Shown here one piece after another: positions 26,148-34,793 of a DNA stretch of 64,000 nucleotides. The number at the start of each line of letters is the position of its first letter. The first letter of the stretch is position 1. Source of the stretch: Gaiellaceae bacterium. GTDB lineage: Bacteria; Actinomycetota; Thermoleophilia; Gaiellales; Gaiellaceae. The translations under genes and the position numbers were made by a program. The DNA is taken from the NCBI GenBank assembly GCA_036258155.1, contig DATAEF010000007.1, forward strand, positions 16,250 through 80,249. The letters run 5' to 3'. Below the pieces are notes generated by a model. That model was not told the origin of the DNA. It did no database searches and saw only the letters and a program-made list of their open reading frames with translations.

Positions 26148-27701
26148 GTGGGAGCTCGGCTCCCTAACGTTTGTAAGACATCGAGGCGGGCGATCGGGAG
26201 TGCGCGTAGCCTTCGAACGGTCGTGCCGAGGGGATGGGTCGTCGTCTCACTTGCCACCACGAGTGTGGCCCTCTCCGCCTGCGCGCTCCTCCCCGGGTCG
26301 ATGGTGGCCGCGAGCTCCAAGACCATCACGGTGCGCGTCGACGCCCGCGACTTCGCCTTCACCCTCTCACGGAGGTCGGTGCCCGCAGGCTCGACGGTTC
26401 GATTCGCCGTCCTGAACCGCGGGAGCACGAACCACGACTTCGTCGTCAGGGGGCGCCGGACGCGAATCCTGCGGCCCGCCGAGCGCCAGACGATCACGGT
26501 CTCGTTTCCGCGCAAGGGATCGTTCCGCTTTCTGTGCTCCGTTCCGGGGCATGCGCGGCTGGGGATGAAGGGGACATTCGGCATTGCCACGCGCGCCGCG
26601 CCGCCGGCGCCGTCTCCGCCGCCCGTGGACACGTCCAAGGTCGCGATGCTCTCCCGTATTGGCGCGTTCGAGAGACCGATGCTCGTGACCGCGCCGCCTG
26701 ACGATACGCGCGTGTTCGTCGTCGAGCAGACGGGCGCCGTGCGGATCGTTCGTGACAACGCGATCTTGCCCAGGCCGTTCCTCGACCTACGGAACCAGGT
26801 GAAGCTCTCGAGCGAGCCGGGCTTGCTGTCGATCGCCTTCGCGCCGGACTACGCGACGAGCGGGCGCGTCTACGCCTTCTACAACTCGACGGCTGGGAAC
26901 GGCGACATCAGGATCAGCGAGTTCCGGCGGCACCCGACCGACTCCGATCTCGTCGATCCGTACAGCGAGCGGATCCTCCTGACGATCACGAAGCCGTGGG
27001 AGAACCACAACGGCGGCATGCTCCAGTTCGGCCCCGACGGGTTCCTCTACGCATCGGTCGGCGACGGCGACAGCGGCGTCCTCAACCCGCCGGGGTTCTT
27101 CGCGCAGAGGCGCGACGACCTCCTGGGGAACATCCTGCGGATCGATCCGAGCTTCGGCGATCCGTACGCGGTGCCGGCCGACAACCCGTTCGTCGGCCTC
27201 GATGGAGTCCGGCCCGAGATCTGGGCGTATGGACTTCGCAATCCGTGGCGGTTCTGGATCGACGGTGTGACAGGCTCGATGTTCGTGGCCGACACGGGGA
27301 ACGCGCGCCGCGAGGAGATCGACTTCACGCCACGCGGTGAGTCCGGCGTCAACTTCGGCTGGCCCTGCTTCGAGGGCTCGCTGCAATTCGATTCCTCGGC
27401 GACGTGCGAGCGCGCCGTGCCGCCTCTGCTCGACTATCCGCGGGCCGACGACGCGTGCGCCGTGATCGGAGGCGTCGTCGCCCGCGACCCACGGCTGCCG
27501 GTGCTCGAAGGGCGATACCTCTACGGCGACTTCTGCTCCGGGAACATCACGGCCCTCACAGTCGAGCGCGGACGGGTCACGGCCTCGGACGGGCTCGGGC
27601 TCGTCGTCCCGGAGCTGACGAGTTTCGGCGTCGACGGCGCTCGGCACGTGTACGTCATGTCGCTCCGAGGTGACGTCTACCGGCTGGACCCGCGAAGCTG
27701 A
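26148..27701 (+). CDS. fusion protein: N-terminal cupredoxin (type-1 copper) domain plus PQQ-dependent glucose/sorbosone dehydrogenase-like beta-propeller; probable lipoprotein
   Basis: Cupredoxin ligand pattern: NHDFVV ... FLCSVPGHARLGM (H, C-x4-H-x4-M). Propeller: EPGLLSIAFAPDYATSGRVYAFY...HNGGMLQFGPDGFLYASVGDGD...YGLRNPWRF. VVVSLATTSVALSAC is lipobox-like. The true start may be GTG 26223. Confidence 0.75.
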   Translation: MGARLPNVCKTSRRAIGSARSLRTVVPRGWVVVSLATTSVALSACALLPGSMVAASSKTITVRVDARDFAFTLSRRSVPAGSTVRFAVLNRGSTNHDFVVRGRRTRILRPAERQTITVSFPRKGSFRFLCSVPGHARLGMKGTFGIATRAAPPAPSPPPVDTSKVAMLSRIGAFERPMLVTAPPDDTRVFVVEQTGAVRIVRDNAILPRPFLDLRNQVKLSSEPGLLSIAFAPDYATSGRVYAFYNSTAGNGDIRISEFRRHPTDSDLVDPYSERILLTITKPWENHNGGMLQFGPDGFLYASVGDGDSGVLNPPGFFAQRRDDLLGNILRIDPSFGDPYAVPADNPFVGLDGVRPEIWAYGLRNPWRFWIDGVTGSMFVADTGNARREEIDFTPRGESGVNFGWPCFEGSLQFDSSATCERAVPPLLDYPRADDACAVIGGVVARDPRLPVLEGRYLYGDFCSGNITALTVERGRVTASDGLGLVVPELTSFGVDGARHVYVMSLRGDVYRLDPRS

Positions 27702-27956
27702 TCAGCGGGTCGCCCGCGAGCGAAGCTCGGCGGCCCAGGCGGCGGCGCGGAGCCCGAGCCAGATCGGCGTCAGGACGACGTAGAAGAGAATATCGGAGAC
27801 GAGCAGAAGGAACCACCAGAACACGAAATGGCGCAGCGGCACCCATCCCTTCTCGCGAAGGTCGCCGCGACCTCCCGGCGGTGGGCGAAAACGCCGGCGG
27901 AGGGGCGGCTCTCCGGGTGAACCGTAGGGGTTCGGCGGACGCTCGCCCTCGCTCAC
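27702..27956 (-). CDS. small membrane protein (84 aa)
   Basis: GTGA overlap with the upstream kinase gene. MSEGERPPNPYGSPGEPP...REKGWVPLRHFVFWWFLLLVSDILFYVVLTPIWLGLRAAAW (two TM segments). Confidence 0.5.
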   Translation of the reverse strand: MSEGERPPNPYGSPGEPPLRRRFRPPPGGRGDLREKGWVPLRHFVFWWFLLLVSDILFYVVLTPIWLGLRAAAWAAELRSRATR

Positions 27957-28789
27957 GACTTCGCGGCCCTCTTGCGTCGCTCGACGAGGCGGATGATCCG
28001 CATCGAGGTCTCCTCGACGGAGAGCTCGGACACGTCGATGACGGGGCACCGGAGCCGGCGATGGATCGCAGCCGCATCGTCGAGCTCGGCGTAGATCGCC
28101 TCGAGCTCGGCGTAGCGCTTGCGCGGAGCACCCATGCTCTTCACGCGGGCACTGCGAATGTCTCCGAGCCGCTCGGCGTCGATCGTCAGGCCGACGATCT
28201 TGGCGGGATCGATCTCGAAGAGCTCCTCCGGTGGCTCGATCCCACGGACGACGGGCACGTTGGCCGCCTTGTGGCCGAGGTAGCCGAGATAGATGGACAG
28301 CGGCGTCTTCGAGGTCCGGGACACGCCGACGAGCACGATGTCCGCTTCGTCCAGCCCGCGGCCGACACCGTCGTCGTACTTGACCGCGAACTCGATCGCC
28401 TCGATCCGCTTGAAGTACGTCGCGTCGAGCGGCGCGCGCGCGCCGGGCTTCATCTTCGCGGCGACGCCCGCGACGCGTGAGATCGAGTCGATCGGGTGCC
28501 CGAGCACGTCGCAGTAATGGACGCGGGCGCGCCGGCAGAGCTGCCGCATCGCATCGCGGAGCCCTGCCTCGACGAGCGTGTAGACCATCACGGCCGGGCG
28601 GCCGCGGGCCCGCTGGACCGCGAGGTGGAGATCCTCGACGTTCTCGACACGCGGGTGGCGGATCTCTTCGAACGGCTGATCGGGGAACTGCGCCTCGAGC
28701 GCGAGCACCAGGCGCTGCGCGGTCTCGCCGGTCGAGTCCGACACGATGTGGAGCTCGACCGGCTCGCGGGTCGGGTCGCTGTCGCTCAC
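27953..28789 (-). CDS. pyruvate phosphate dikinase / PEP synthase regulatory protein (bifunctional kinase-pyrophosphorylase, DUF299 family)
   Basis: VELHIVSDSTGETAQRLV...IVLVGVSRTSKTPLSIYLGYLGHKAANVPVV. This is the characteristic P-loop region of the PSRP/PDRP family. Confidence 0.85.
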   Translation of the reverse strand: MSDSDPTREPVELHIVSDSTGETAQRLVLALEAQFPDQPFEEIRHPRVENVEDLHLAVQRARGRPAVMVYTLVEAGLRDAMRQLCRRARVHYCDVLGHPIDSISRVAGVAAKMKPGARAPLDATYFKRIEAIEFAVKYDDGVGRGLDEADIVLVGVSRTSKTPLSIYLGYLGHKAANVPVVRGIEPPEELFEIDPAKIVGLTIDAERLGDIRSARVKSMGAPRKRYAELEAIYAELDDAAAIHRRLRCPVIDVSELSVEETSMRIIRLVERRKRAAKS

Positions 28790-28835
28790 GGCGGGAGGCT
28801 AGCGGCGGGTTGGGTGTGGAGTAACGTCTCGACCC

Positions 28836-30203
28836 ATGCCCGACGTGGTCACGATGGACAAGATCGTCTCGCTCGCGCGCCGCCGCGGGTTCGTCTTCCC
28901 GTCGTCGGAGATCTACGGCGGCCTAGGCTCCGCGTACGACTACGGGCACTACGGCGTGCTGCTGAAGGAGAACGTCAAAGCGCGCTGGCTCGAGGCGATG
29001 GTGCGCGAGCGTGACGACATCGTCGCACTCGACTCCTCGATCATCCTCCACCCCGCGGTCTGGGAGGCCTCCGGGCACGTTTCCGGGTTCGCCGACCCGC
29101 TCGTCGACTGCCGAACGTGCAAGCTCCGCTTCAGGGCGGACCACCTGAACGACCCGGAGCACGAGGAGGTGCGCTGCGGGCGCAAGCCGAGCAAACGGCC
29201 GGGTGAGTTCGAGGAGTGCGACCTCACCGAGCCTCGCCAGTTCAACCTCATGTTCTCCACGCGGATCGGTGCGGTCGAGGGGTCCGGCCTCGACGCGTAC
29301 CTTCGCCCAGAGACCGCGCAGGGCATCTTCGTCAACTTCAAGAACGTCGCGCAGATCGCACGCCGCAAGCCGCCGTTCGGCATCGCGCAGGTCGGGAAGG
29401 CGTTCCGCAACGAGATCACGCCTGGAAACTTCATCTTCCGCACGCTCGAGTTCGAGCAGATGGAGATGGAGTACTTCGTCCCGCCCGGCGACGCGCAAGA
29501 GTGGTTTCGCTACTGGGTGAACGAGCGAGTGTCGTGGCACCTCCGCTACGGGATCCGTGAGAGCCACCTCCGCGTTCGCCCGCACGATGCCGAGGAGCTC
29601 TCGCACTACTCGTCCGCCACCTCGGACATCGAGTACCTCTTTCCCATCGGCTGGTCGGAGCTCGAGGGCATCGCGCACCGCGGCGACTTCGATCTCACCG
29701 CGCACACCGAGGCGTCTGGGACGAAGCTCGAGTGGACGGACGGCGAGGAGCGCTACACGCCCCACGTCGTCGAGCCGGCGCTCGGCGTCAACCGCTCGAT
29801 GCTCGCGTTCATGCTCGATGCATACGACGAGGAGGTCGTCGCCGAGCGCGAGCGCACGGTGCTGCGACTGCATCCTGCGCTGGCGCCGGTCAAGGTGGCC
29901 GTTCTGCCCCTCATCCCACGAAGCGAGGACATCTCGTCGAAGGCGCGTGGGCTCTACGAGGAGCTGCGGCGGGCCGTCGTCACTGAGTACGACGACTCGG
30001 GGCAGATCGGGCGGCGCTACCGGCGGCAGGACGAGATCGGGACCCCGTACGCGCTCACGATCGACGAACAGACGCTCGAGGACGATACCGTCACGATCCG
30101 CGACCGCGACTCGCTCGCGCAGGTGCGGATCGCGATCGCGGGGGCGCGCTCCTTCGTGCTCGACAAGCTCGCGGAAGACTGGAAGACGCCGAAGGCGGAC
30201 TAG
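28836..30203 (+). CDS. glyQS: glycine--tRNA ligase (homodimeric class II type)
   Basis: MDKIVSLARRRGFVFPSSEIYGGLGSAYDYGHYGVLLKENVKARW...YLRPETAQGIFVNF...GKAFRNEITPGNFIFRTLEFEQMEMEYF. Confidence 0.92.
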   Translation: MPDVVTMDKIVSLARRRGFVFPSSEIYGGLGSAYDYGHYGVLLKENVKARWLEAMVRERDDIVALDSSIILHPAVWEASGHVSGFADPLVDCRTCKLRFRADHLNDPEHEEVRCGRKPSKRPGEFEECDLTEPRQFNLMFSTRIGAVEGSGLDAYLRPETAQGIFVNFKNVAQIARRKPPFGIAQVGKAFRNEITPGNFIFRTLEFEQMEMEYFVPPGDAQEWFRYWVNERVSWHLRYGIRESHLRVRPHDAEELSHYSSATSDIEYLFPIGWSELEGIAHRGDFDLTAHTEASGTKLEWTDGEERYTPHVVEPALGVNRSMLAFMLDAYDEEVVAERERTVLRLHPALAPVKVAVLPLIPRSEDISSKARGLYEELRRAVVTEYDDSGQIGRRYRRQDEIGTPYALTIDEQTLEDDTVTIRDRDSLAQVRIAIAGARSFVLDKLAEDWKTPKAD

Positions 30204-30308
30204 CCGTGGCGGCGCGCGTGTCGTGACGGAACGAGGCGCCTAGTGGTCTCTCCGGGAAGTCCGGTGCCCATTCGCCGGCGAGAACCGAGCAAGCCTAGGA
30301 CGCAGGGA

Positions 30309-30334
30309 GGCCGCATACCTAAAGGTATGTGGCC
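30309..30334. terminator. terminator-like hairpin between convergent glyQS and GNAT genes
   Basis: GGCCGCATACC-TAAA-GGTATGTGGCC: an 11-bp stem with one G-U pair. There is no clear U-tract. Confidence 0.4.
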
Positions 30335-30403
30335 GACCGAGGACGACGGCATCCGAAGCGTTCGCAGCCGCGCGAAGGAGTGGCGTGCTTCCCGGAGCGA
30401 CCA

Positions 30404-30827
30404 CTAGCCCGGCCGGCTCCAGCGCTCGAGCGCTCTCGGCCCCGGCTCGGCGAAGCCGAACCTGCGATAGAGGTCGTGCGCGTCCTCGGTGTGCAGGAAC
30501 CACTTCGTGTGCGCCACCGGCCCCTCGTCGACGGAAGCGGACCAGCTCGACTCCGAGGCCCCGTCCGCGGTGCTCCTCGAGCACGTAGACGTCGGCGAGG
30601 TACGACTGCGCGTGGCCGTCGGACAGCGTTCGCGTGAAGCCGACCTGCTCGCCCGCGTGGTAGAGACCGACGACGCGAGCGGCACCGTCGATGAGCTCGT
30701 CCTGAACCTCGCGCGCACGCCTCTTTGCCCAGTACGACTCCTCGCTCAGGTACCGATGGACGGCGTCGCGGTCGATGCGCCCCGGGTCGTCGTCGAGCTC
30801 GTACCCGCCGCCGAGGTCGCGCCTCAC
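30404..30827 (-). pseudogene. GNAT-family N-acetyltransferase interrupted by a 1-nt frameshift (or sequencing error)
   Basis: Frame A, from GTG 30827 (GTGA overlap with the recO stop): MRRDLGGGYELDDDPGRIDRDAVHRYLSEESYWAKRR...YLADVYVLEEHRGRGLGVELVR. The GNAT C-terminus continues in the +1 frame: SVDEGPVAHTKWFLHTEDAHDLYRRFGFAEPGPRALER*. The switch is near 30536-30560. Confidence 0.6.
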
Positions 30828-31567
30828 GCGGTCAAGGTGCGCAGGCGAAAGCCGCCGTGAAACTCGTACGACGCGACGACGACTGCGAGCGCGTCCCGCG
30901 GCGCACGCTCCCCGAGCCCGAGGTCGCGGGCGTCCGCGAGGGGGCTCCACAGGAGCGCATGGATGCCGCGGAAGCCGTCCGCCGACAACCCCACCGTCTC
31001 GGTCGGGGCACACGCCGAGCACACGGCGCCTCCCGCCCGCGGGAGATAGCCCACAAGCTCGTCCGTCGCGCCGCACTCCACGCAGCTCTCGAGGTGGGGC
31101 ACGTATCCCGAGAGCCAGAGCAGCTTGAGCTGGAACGCAAGCGCAAGCGGGTCGAGCGCAGCACGTCCGTCGAGCCCGGGCGGGATGTCGTCCGCAGCCG
31201 AGAGGAAGCGCGTCAGCGCTTCGAAGGCGCGTTCGTTCCGCTCCTCCTCGACGAACAGGCGCAGCATCGCCTCGGCGCCGACGAGCCCGACCGCGAGGCG
31301 GTACGAGTCCTCGCGCGTCGGCCGGTGCGCGTCGACGAGCGAGGCACCAGTGACCGTATGCAGCTCGCCCGAGCCCTGGTGGAGCAGGAGCTCCGCATGC
31401 GAGAAAGGCTCGAGGCGCGCGCCGAAGCGCGACTTCGTCTTCCGCACCCCCTTCGCGACCGCGCCCACGCGTCCGCGGTCTGCCGTGTACAGGTGGAGGA
31501 CCCGGTCGGCCTCCGCGAACCGGAACGACCGAAGCACGACCGCCTCCGTCTTGTACGTCCGCCCCAC
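30824..31567 (-). CDS. recO: DNA repair protein RecO
   Basis: From GTG 31567: MGRTYKTEAVVLRSFRFAEADRVLHLYTADRGRVGAVAKGVRKTKSRFGARLEPFSH...CVECG (zinc motif). Confidence 0.85.
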   Translation of the reverse strand: MGRTYKTEAVVLRSFRFAEADRVLHLYTADRGRVGAVAKGVRKTKSRFGARLEPFSHAELLLHQGSGELHTVTGASLVDAHRPTREDSYRLAVGLVGAEAMLRLFVEEERNERAFEALTRFLSAADDIPPGLDGRAALDPLALAFQLKLLWLSGYVPHLESCVECGATDELVGYLPRAGGAVCSACAPTETVGLSADGFRGIHALLWSPLADARDLGLGERAPRDALAVVVASYEFHGGFRLRTLTA

Positions 31568-31599
31568 CCGACCAAGTCTAGGTCGGGCGGAGGCGACCA

Positions 31600-31803
31600 C
31601 TACCCTCCCTCGCCCTCCTCGAATGCGCGCTCGCGATCCTCTGCGTCGCAATCCGGGCAGACGAGAAGCCCTTCGCCGATCTCGCCCTCGAGCGCGACCT
31701 CGCCGTGCCGCCAAGCAGCGAGCTCCTCGCGATCGTTCGGCGCATCGCGCCCACATTGCGAGCACACGAGCTCGGTCGCCAGCACACTCGTAGCGTACGC
31801 CAC
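31600..31803 (-). CDS. small acidic zinc-ribbon protein
   Basis: ...ELVCSQCGRDAPNDREELAAWRHGEVALEGEIGEGLLVCPDCDAEDRERAFEEGEGG (CxxC...CxxC). The start is uncertain (GTG 31803 or 31785). Confidence 0.5.
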   Translation of the reverse strand: MAYATSVLATELVCSQCGRDAPNDREELAAWRHGEVALEGEIGEGLLVCPDCDAEDRERAFEEGEGG

Positions 31804-31808
31804 GAGCG

Positions 31809-32615
31809 CTACGGCTGGCAACGAGGACAAAACCAGGTTCCCCGGCCGCCGACGCGCGCCTTCACAATGGGCGTGCGGCAGCGCGAGCACGGCTGCCCGT
31901 CGCGGCCGTAGACGCGAAACTCGTCCTGCATCGAGCCCGCGGCGCCGTCCGGTGTCGCGTAGTCGCGGAGCGTCGAGCCCTGACGCGCGATGCCCGCTCG
32001 TAAAGCAGAGCGGATCGCACGGTGCACACGGCCGACCTCGTCTGGTGTGAGCGCGTTCGCCGGCCGTAGCGGGCTCACGCGCGCGCGCCAGAGAGCCTCG
32101 TCGGCGTAGATGTTCCCGAGACCCGCGACGACGCGCTGGTCGAGGAGAACCGCCTTGAGCAGCGCGCGTCGCCGGGCGAGCTGCGCGTCGAGCCACGTGG
32201 AGGTGAAGCGCGACCCGAGCGGCTCCGGGCCGTTCTTCTCCGCCAGGTACGGGTCGAGGTCTCCGTCCTCGAGCACGAGCCAGGTCCCAAGCCGACGCAC
32301 GTCTCGGTACACGAGCCGTGAGCCGTCGTCGAGCTCGAGCACCGCTCGCTCGTGGCTCGTCGGCGCGAACCCGAAGCCTCCGGTCATTCGCAAGTGGACG
32401 ACGAGCGCAAGCCCGCTCTCGAGCCGCAGCAGGAGGTACTTTCCCCGCCGCTCGACGGCGATGACGAGGTCTCCCTCGAGCTCTTCCGTGACCTCGAACA
32501 GGTCGTAGGGCCGCGTCAGCCGCGGATCGAGGATCTCGACCCGTGCGAGCGTCCGCCCTTCGAGTCGCGGCGCGAGCTGCGCGCGGATCGTCTCGACCTC
32601 GGGCAGCTCGGGCAA
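31809..32615 (-). CDS. mutM: formamidopyrimidine-DNA glycosylase
   Basis: MPELPEVETIRAQLAPRLEG... C-terminal zinc finger CSRCRTPIVKARVGGRGTWFCPRCQ. Confidence 0.9.
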   Translation of the reverse strand: MPELPEVETIRAQLAPRLEGRTLARVEILDPRLTRPYDLFEVTEELEGDLVIAVERRGKYLLLRLESGLALVVHLRMTGGFGFAPTSHERAVLELDDGSRLVYRDVRRLGTWLVLEDGDLDPYLAEKNGPEPLGSRFTSTWLDAQLARRRALLKAVLLDQRVVAGLGNIYADEALWRARVSPLRPANALTPDEVGRVHRAIRSALRAGIARQGSTLRDYATPDGAAGSMQDEFRVYGRDGQPCSRCRTPIVKARVGGRGTWFCPRCQP

Positions 32616-32621
32616 GACGCG

Positions 32622-33923
32622 CTACGCGACGATGTCGAGGAGGATGCCGTGCACGGGCGGCGATTCGTCGCCGATCGTGTACGCAGAGAGCACGGCCTCG
32701 ACCGCGCGAGCGGCGGATTCGTCGTCGCGGGCGTGGACGTCCGCCAGTACCTGGCCGGCCGCGATCGTCTGGCCGCGCTTTGCACTGCAGACGACGCCGA
32801 CCGCGTGGTCGATCTCGTCGTCCTTCGTCCTGCGGCCCCCTCCGAGCTCGAGGCTCGCCACTCCGATCTCGAGCGCAGCAAGGCGAGTCACGATGCCGTC
32901 GCGTGGTGCGAGCACCTCGCGGATGACAGGCGCACGAGGAAGCGCGTCGAGCTCGGGATCGCCGCCCTGGGCCCGTATCCAGCGCTCGTACATCTCGCGT
33001 GCGGAGCCGTCCGTCGTCGCCTGCTCGGCACGCTGTCGGGCATCGTCCAGGCCGACGCCGAGGTCCGAGAGCACGAGGAGGCGCGCGCACGCGTCGAGGA
33101 CGAGATCGCTCAGGTCCGGTGGGCCCTCGGCGCTGATCGTCTCGACCGCCTCGCGCACCTCGAGCGCGTTGCCGACGGCGTGACCGAGCGGCTGGTCCAT
33201 GTCGGTGAGTAGACACACGACCTCCCGACCAGCCCGCCGGCCGAGGTCGACCATCTGCTCGGCGAGGATGCGTGCGTCGTCGAGCGTCTTCATGAACGCC
33301 CCGTCGCCGACCTTCACGTCCAGCACGATCGCGTCCGCTCCGGCGGCGAGCTTCTTGGACATGATCGAGGACGCGATGAGCGGGACGATGTCGACGGTCG
33401 CGGTCACGTCCCGGAGCGCGTAGAGCTTCTTGTCCGCGGGGACGAGGTCACCGGTCTGCCCGATGATCGCGAGCCCGACGTCACGAACCTGCGCGACGAA
33501 CTCGTCGATCGTCAGCTCGGCGCGATAGCCGGGGATCGACTCGAGCTTGTCGAGCGTGCCCCCGGTGTGCCCGAGCCCGCGCCCTGACATCTTCCCGAAG
33601 GGAACGCCGCAAGCGGCGACGATGGGGCCGACCGCGAGCGACGTCTTGTCCCCCACGCCGCCCGTCGAGTGCTTGTCGACGACGCGTCGTCCGAGGGCTG
33701 CGCCGAGATCGAGCGTCTCGCCCGAGCTGATCATCGCGTCCGTCAGCGCGTGCGTCTCCCGCCCCGAGAGCCCCTTGAAGTACACGGCCATGCACCAGGC
33801 AGCCATCTGGTAGTCGGGCACGTCTCCACGCGTGTAGCCGAGGACGAGCTCGGAGATCTCGCCGTCCGACAGCTCCTCGCCGTTCCGCTTTCGCTCGATC
33901 AGCTCGGCTACACGGATGGCCAC
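32622..33923 (-). CDS. deoA: thymidine / pyrimidine-nucleoside phosphorylase
   Basis: ELIERKRNGEELSDGEISELVLGYTRGDVPDYQMAAWCMAVYFKGLS...DKHSTGGVGDKTSL...SGRGLGHTGGTLDKLESIPG. Confidence 0.9.
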   Translation of the reverse strand: MAIRVAELIERKRNGEELSDGEISELVLGYTRGDVPDYQMAAWCMAVYFKGLSGRETHALTDAMISSGETLDLGAALGRRVVDKHSTGGVGDKTSLAVGPIVAACGVPFGKMSGRGLGHTGGTLDKLESIPGYRAELTIDEFVAQVRDVGLAIIGQTGDLVPADKKLYALRDVTATVDIVPLIASSIMSKKLAAGADAIVLDVKVGDGAFMKTLDDARILAEQMVDLGRRAGREVVCLLTDMDQPLGHAVGNALEVREAVETISAEGPPDLSDLVLDACARLLVLSDLGVGLDDARQRAEQATTDGSAREMYERWIRAQGGDPELDALPRAPVIREVLAPRDGIVTRLAALEIGVASLELGGGRRTKDDEIDHAVGVVCSAKRGQTIAAGQVLADVHARDDESAARAVEAVLSAYTIGDESPPVHGILLDIVA

Positions 33924-33962
33924 GCGACGATCATGCCGAATGTCGGCGTGAGGCAGGCCGGA

Positions 33963-34793
33963 TCAGGCGTCGCGCCGACCGATCAGCCAAAGGGCCATCA
34001 GCAGGGCCGCCGCACCGTAGGCGATGACAACGGCGAGCCCTCCGACGAGCCCGATCGGGATGTTGTCCGGGCGCTCGACTGTTTGCTGGACCGCGAGGCC
34101 CGCACCCATCAACGAGAACTTCTCGAGCGGCTCGGCGAGGTTCTCGGGCAGGAAGCCGATCGCGATCACCGGGGCGAGCACGGTAGCGAGGACGACGGTG
34201 ATCGCTCCCGCGGTGTGTCGTGCGATCGCTCCCACGCCCAGGGAGAAGAACGCAAGGCTGCCGAGGTAGACTGCGCTTCCGACCACCGCCCGGAACGCCT
34301 CGCCGTCGGCGAGCGTCACTTCCGGATAGCCGCCCTCGTAGTTGAAGCCGTTGCCGCGCAGGAGCCATTGCCCGACGAGGAAGCAGGCCACGCTGGTCGC
34401 GAGCCCGACGGCGAGGACGACGCCGACGACGACCGCGGCCTTGGCAGCGAGCACGGTGCGACGGCGTGGGTTCGCAGCGAACGTCGTCCGGATCATCCGC
34501 GTGCTGTACTCCGACGTGATCGCGAGCACCGCGAGCACGGCAGCTGCGATCTGCCCGAACCAGACACCGGCGAGGCTGTCCAGCACGATGTCGTTGTCGC
34601 CGCCGTGGCCCGGACTACCACCCTGGGTGTCCGACCCCCCGGTCAAGACGGCAGTGAAGAGAATCGACACGCCGGCCAGGAGGAGCAGCGACCAGTACGT
34701 GCTGCGCACCGTGCGGAGCTTCACCCACTCCGCGCGCAGCGCCTGAAGCGTGCCGGCACGCGCCCTGCCGTAGGCGAGCGCAGCCGTGGTCAC
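33963..34793 (-). CDS. ABC-2 type transporter permease
   Basis: From GTG 34793 (GTGA overlap with the ATPase stop): MTTAALAYGRARAGTLQALRAEWVKLRTVRSTYWSLLLLAGV..., six hydrophobic segments. Confidence 0.75.
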   Translation of the reverse strand: MTTAALAYGRARAGTLQALRAEWVKLRTVRSTYWSLLLLAGVSILFTAVLTGGSDTQGGSPGHGGDNDIVLDSLAGVWFGQIAAAVLAVLAITSEYSTRMIRTTFAANPRRRTVLAAKAAVVVGVVLAVGLATSVACFLVGQWLLRGNGFNYEGGYPEVTLADGEAFRAVVGSAVYLGSLAFFSLGVGAIARHTAGAITVVLATVLAPVIAIGFLPENLAEPLEKFSLMGAGLAVQQTVERPDNIPIGLVGGLAVVIAYGAAALLMALWLIGRRDA

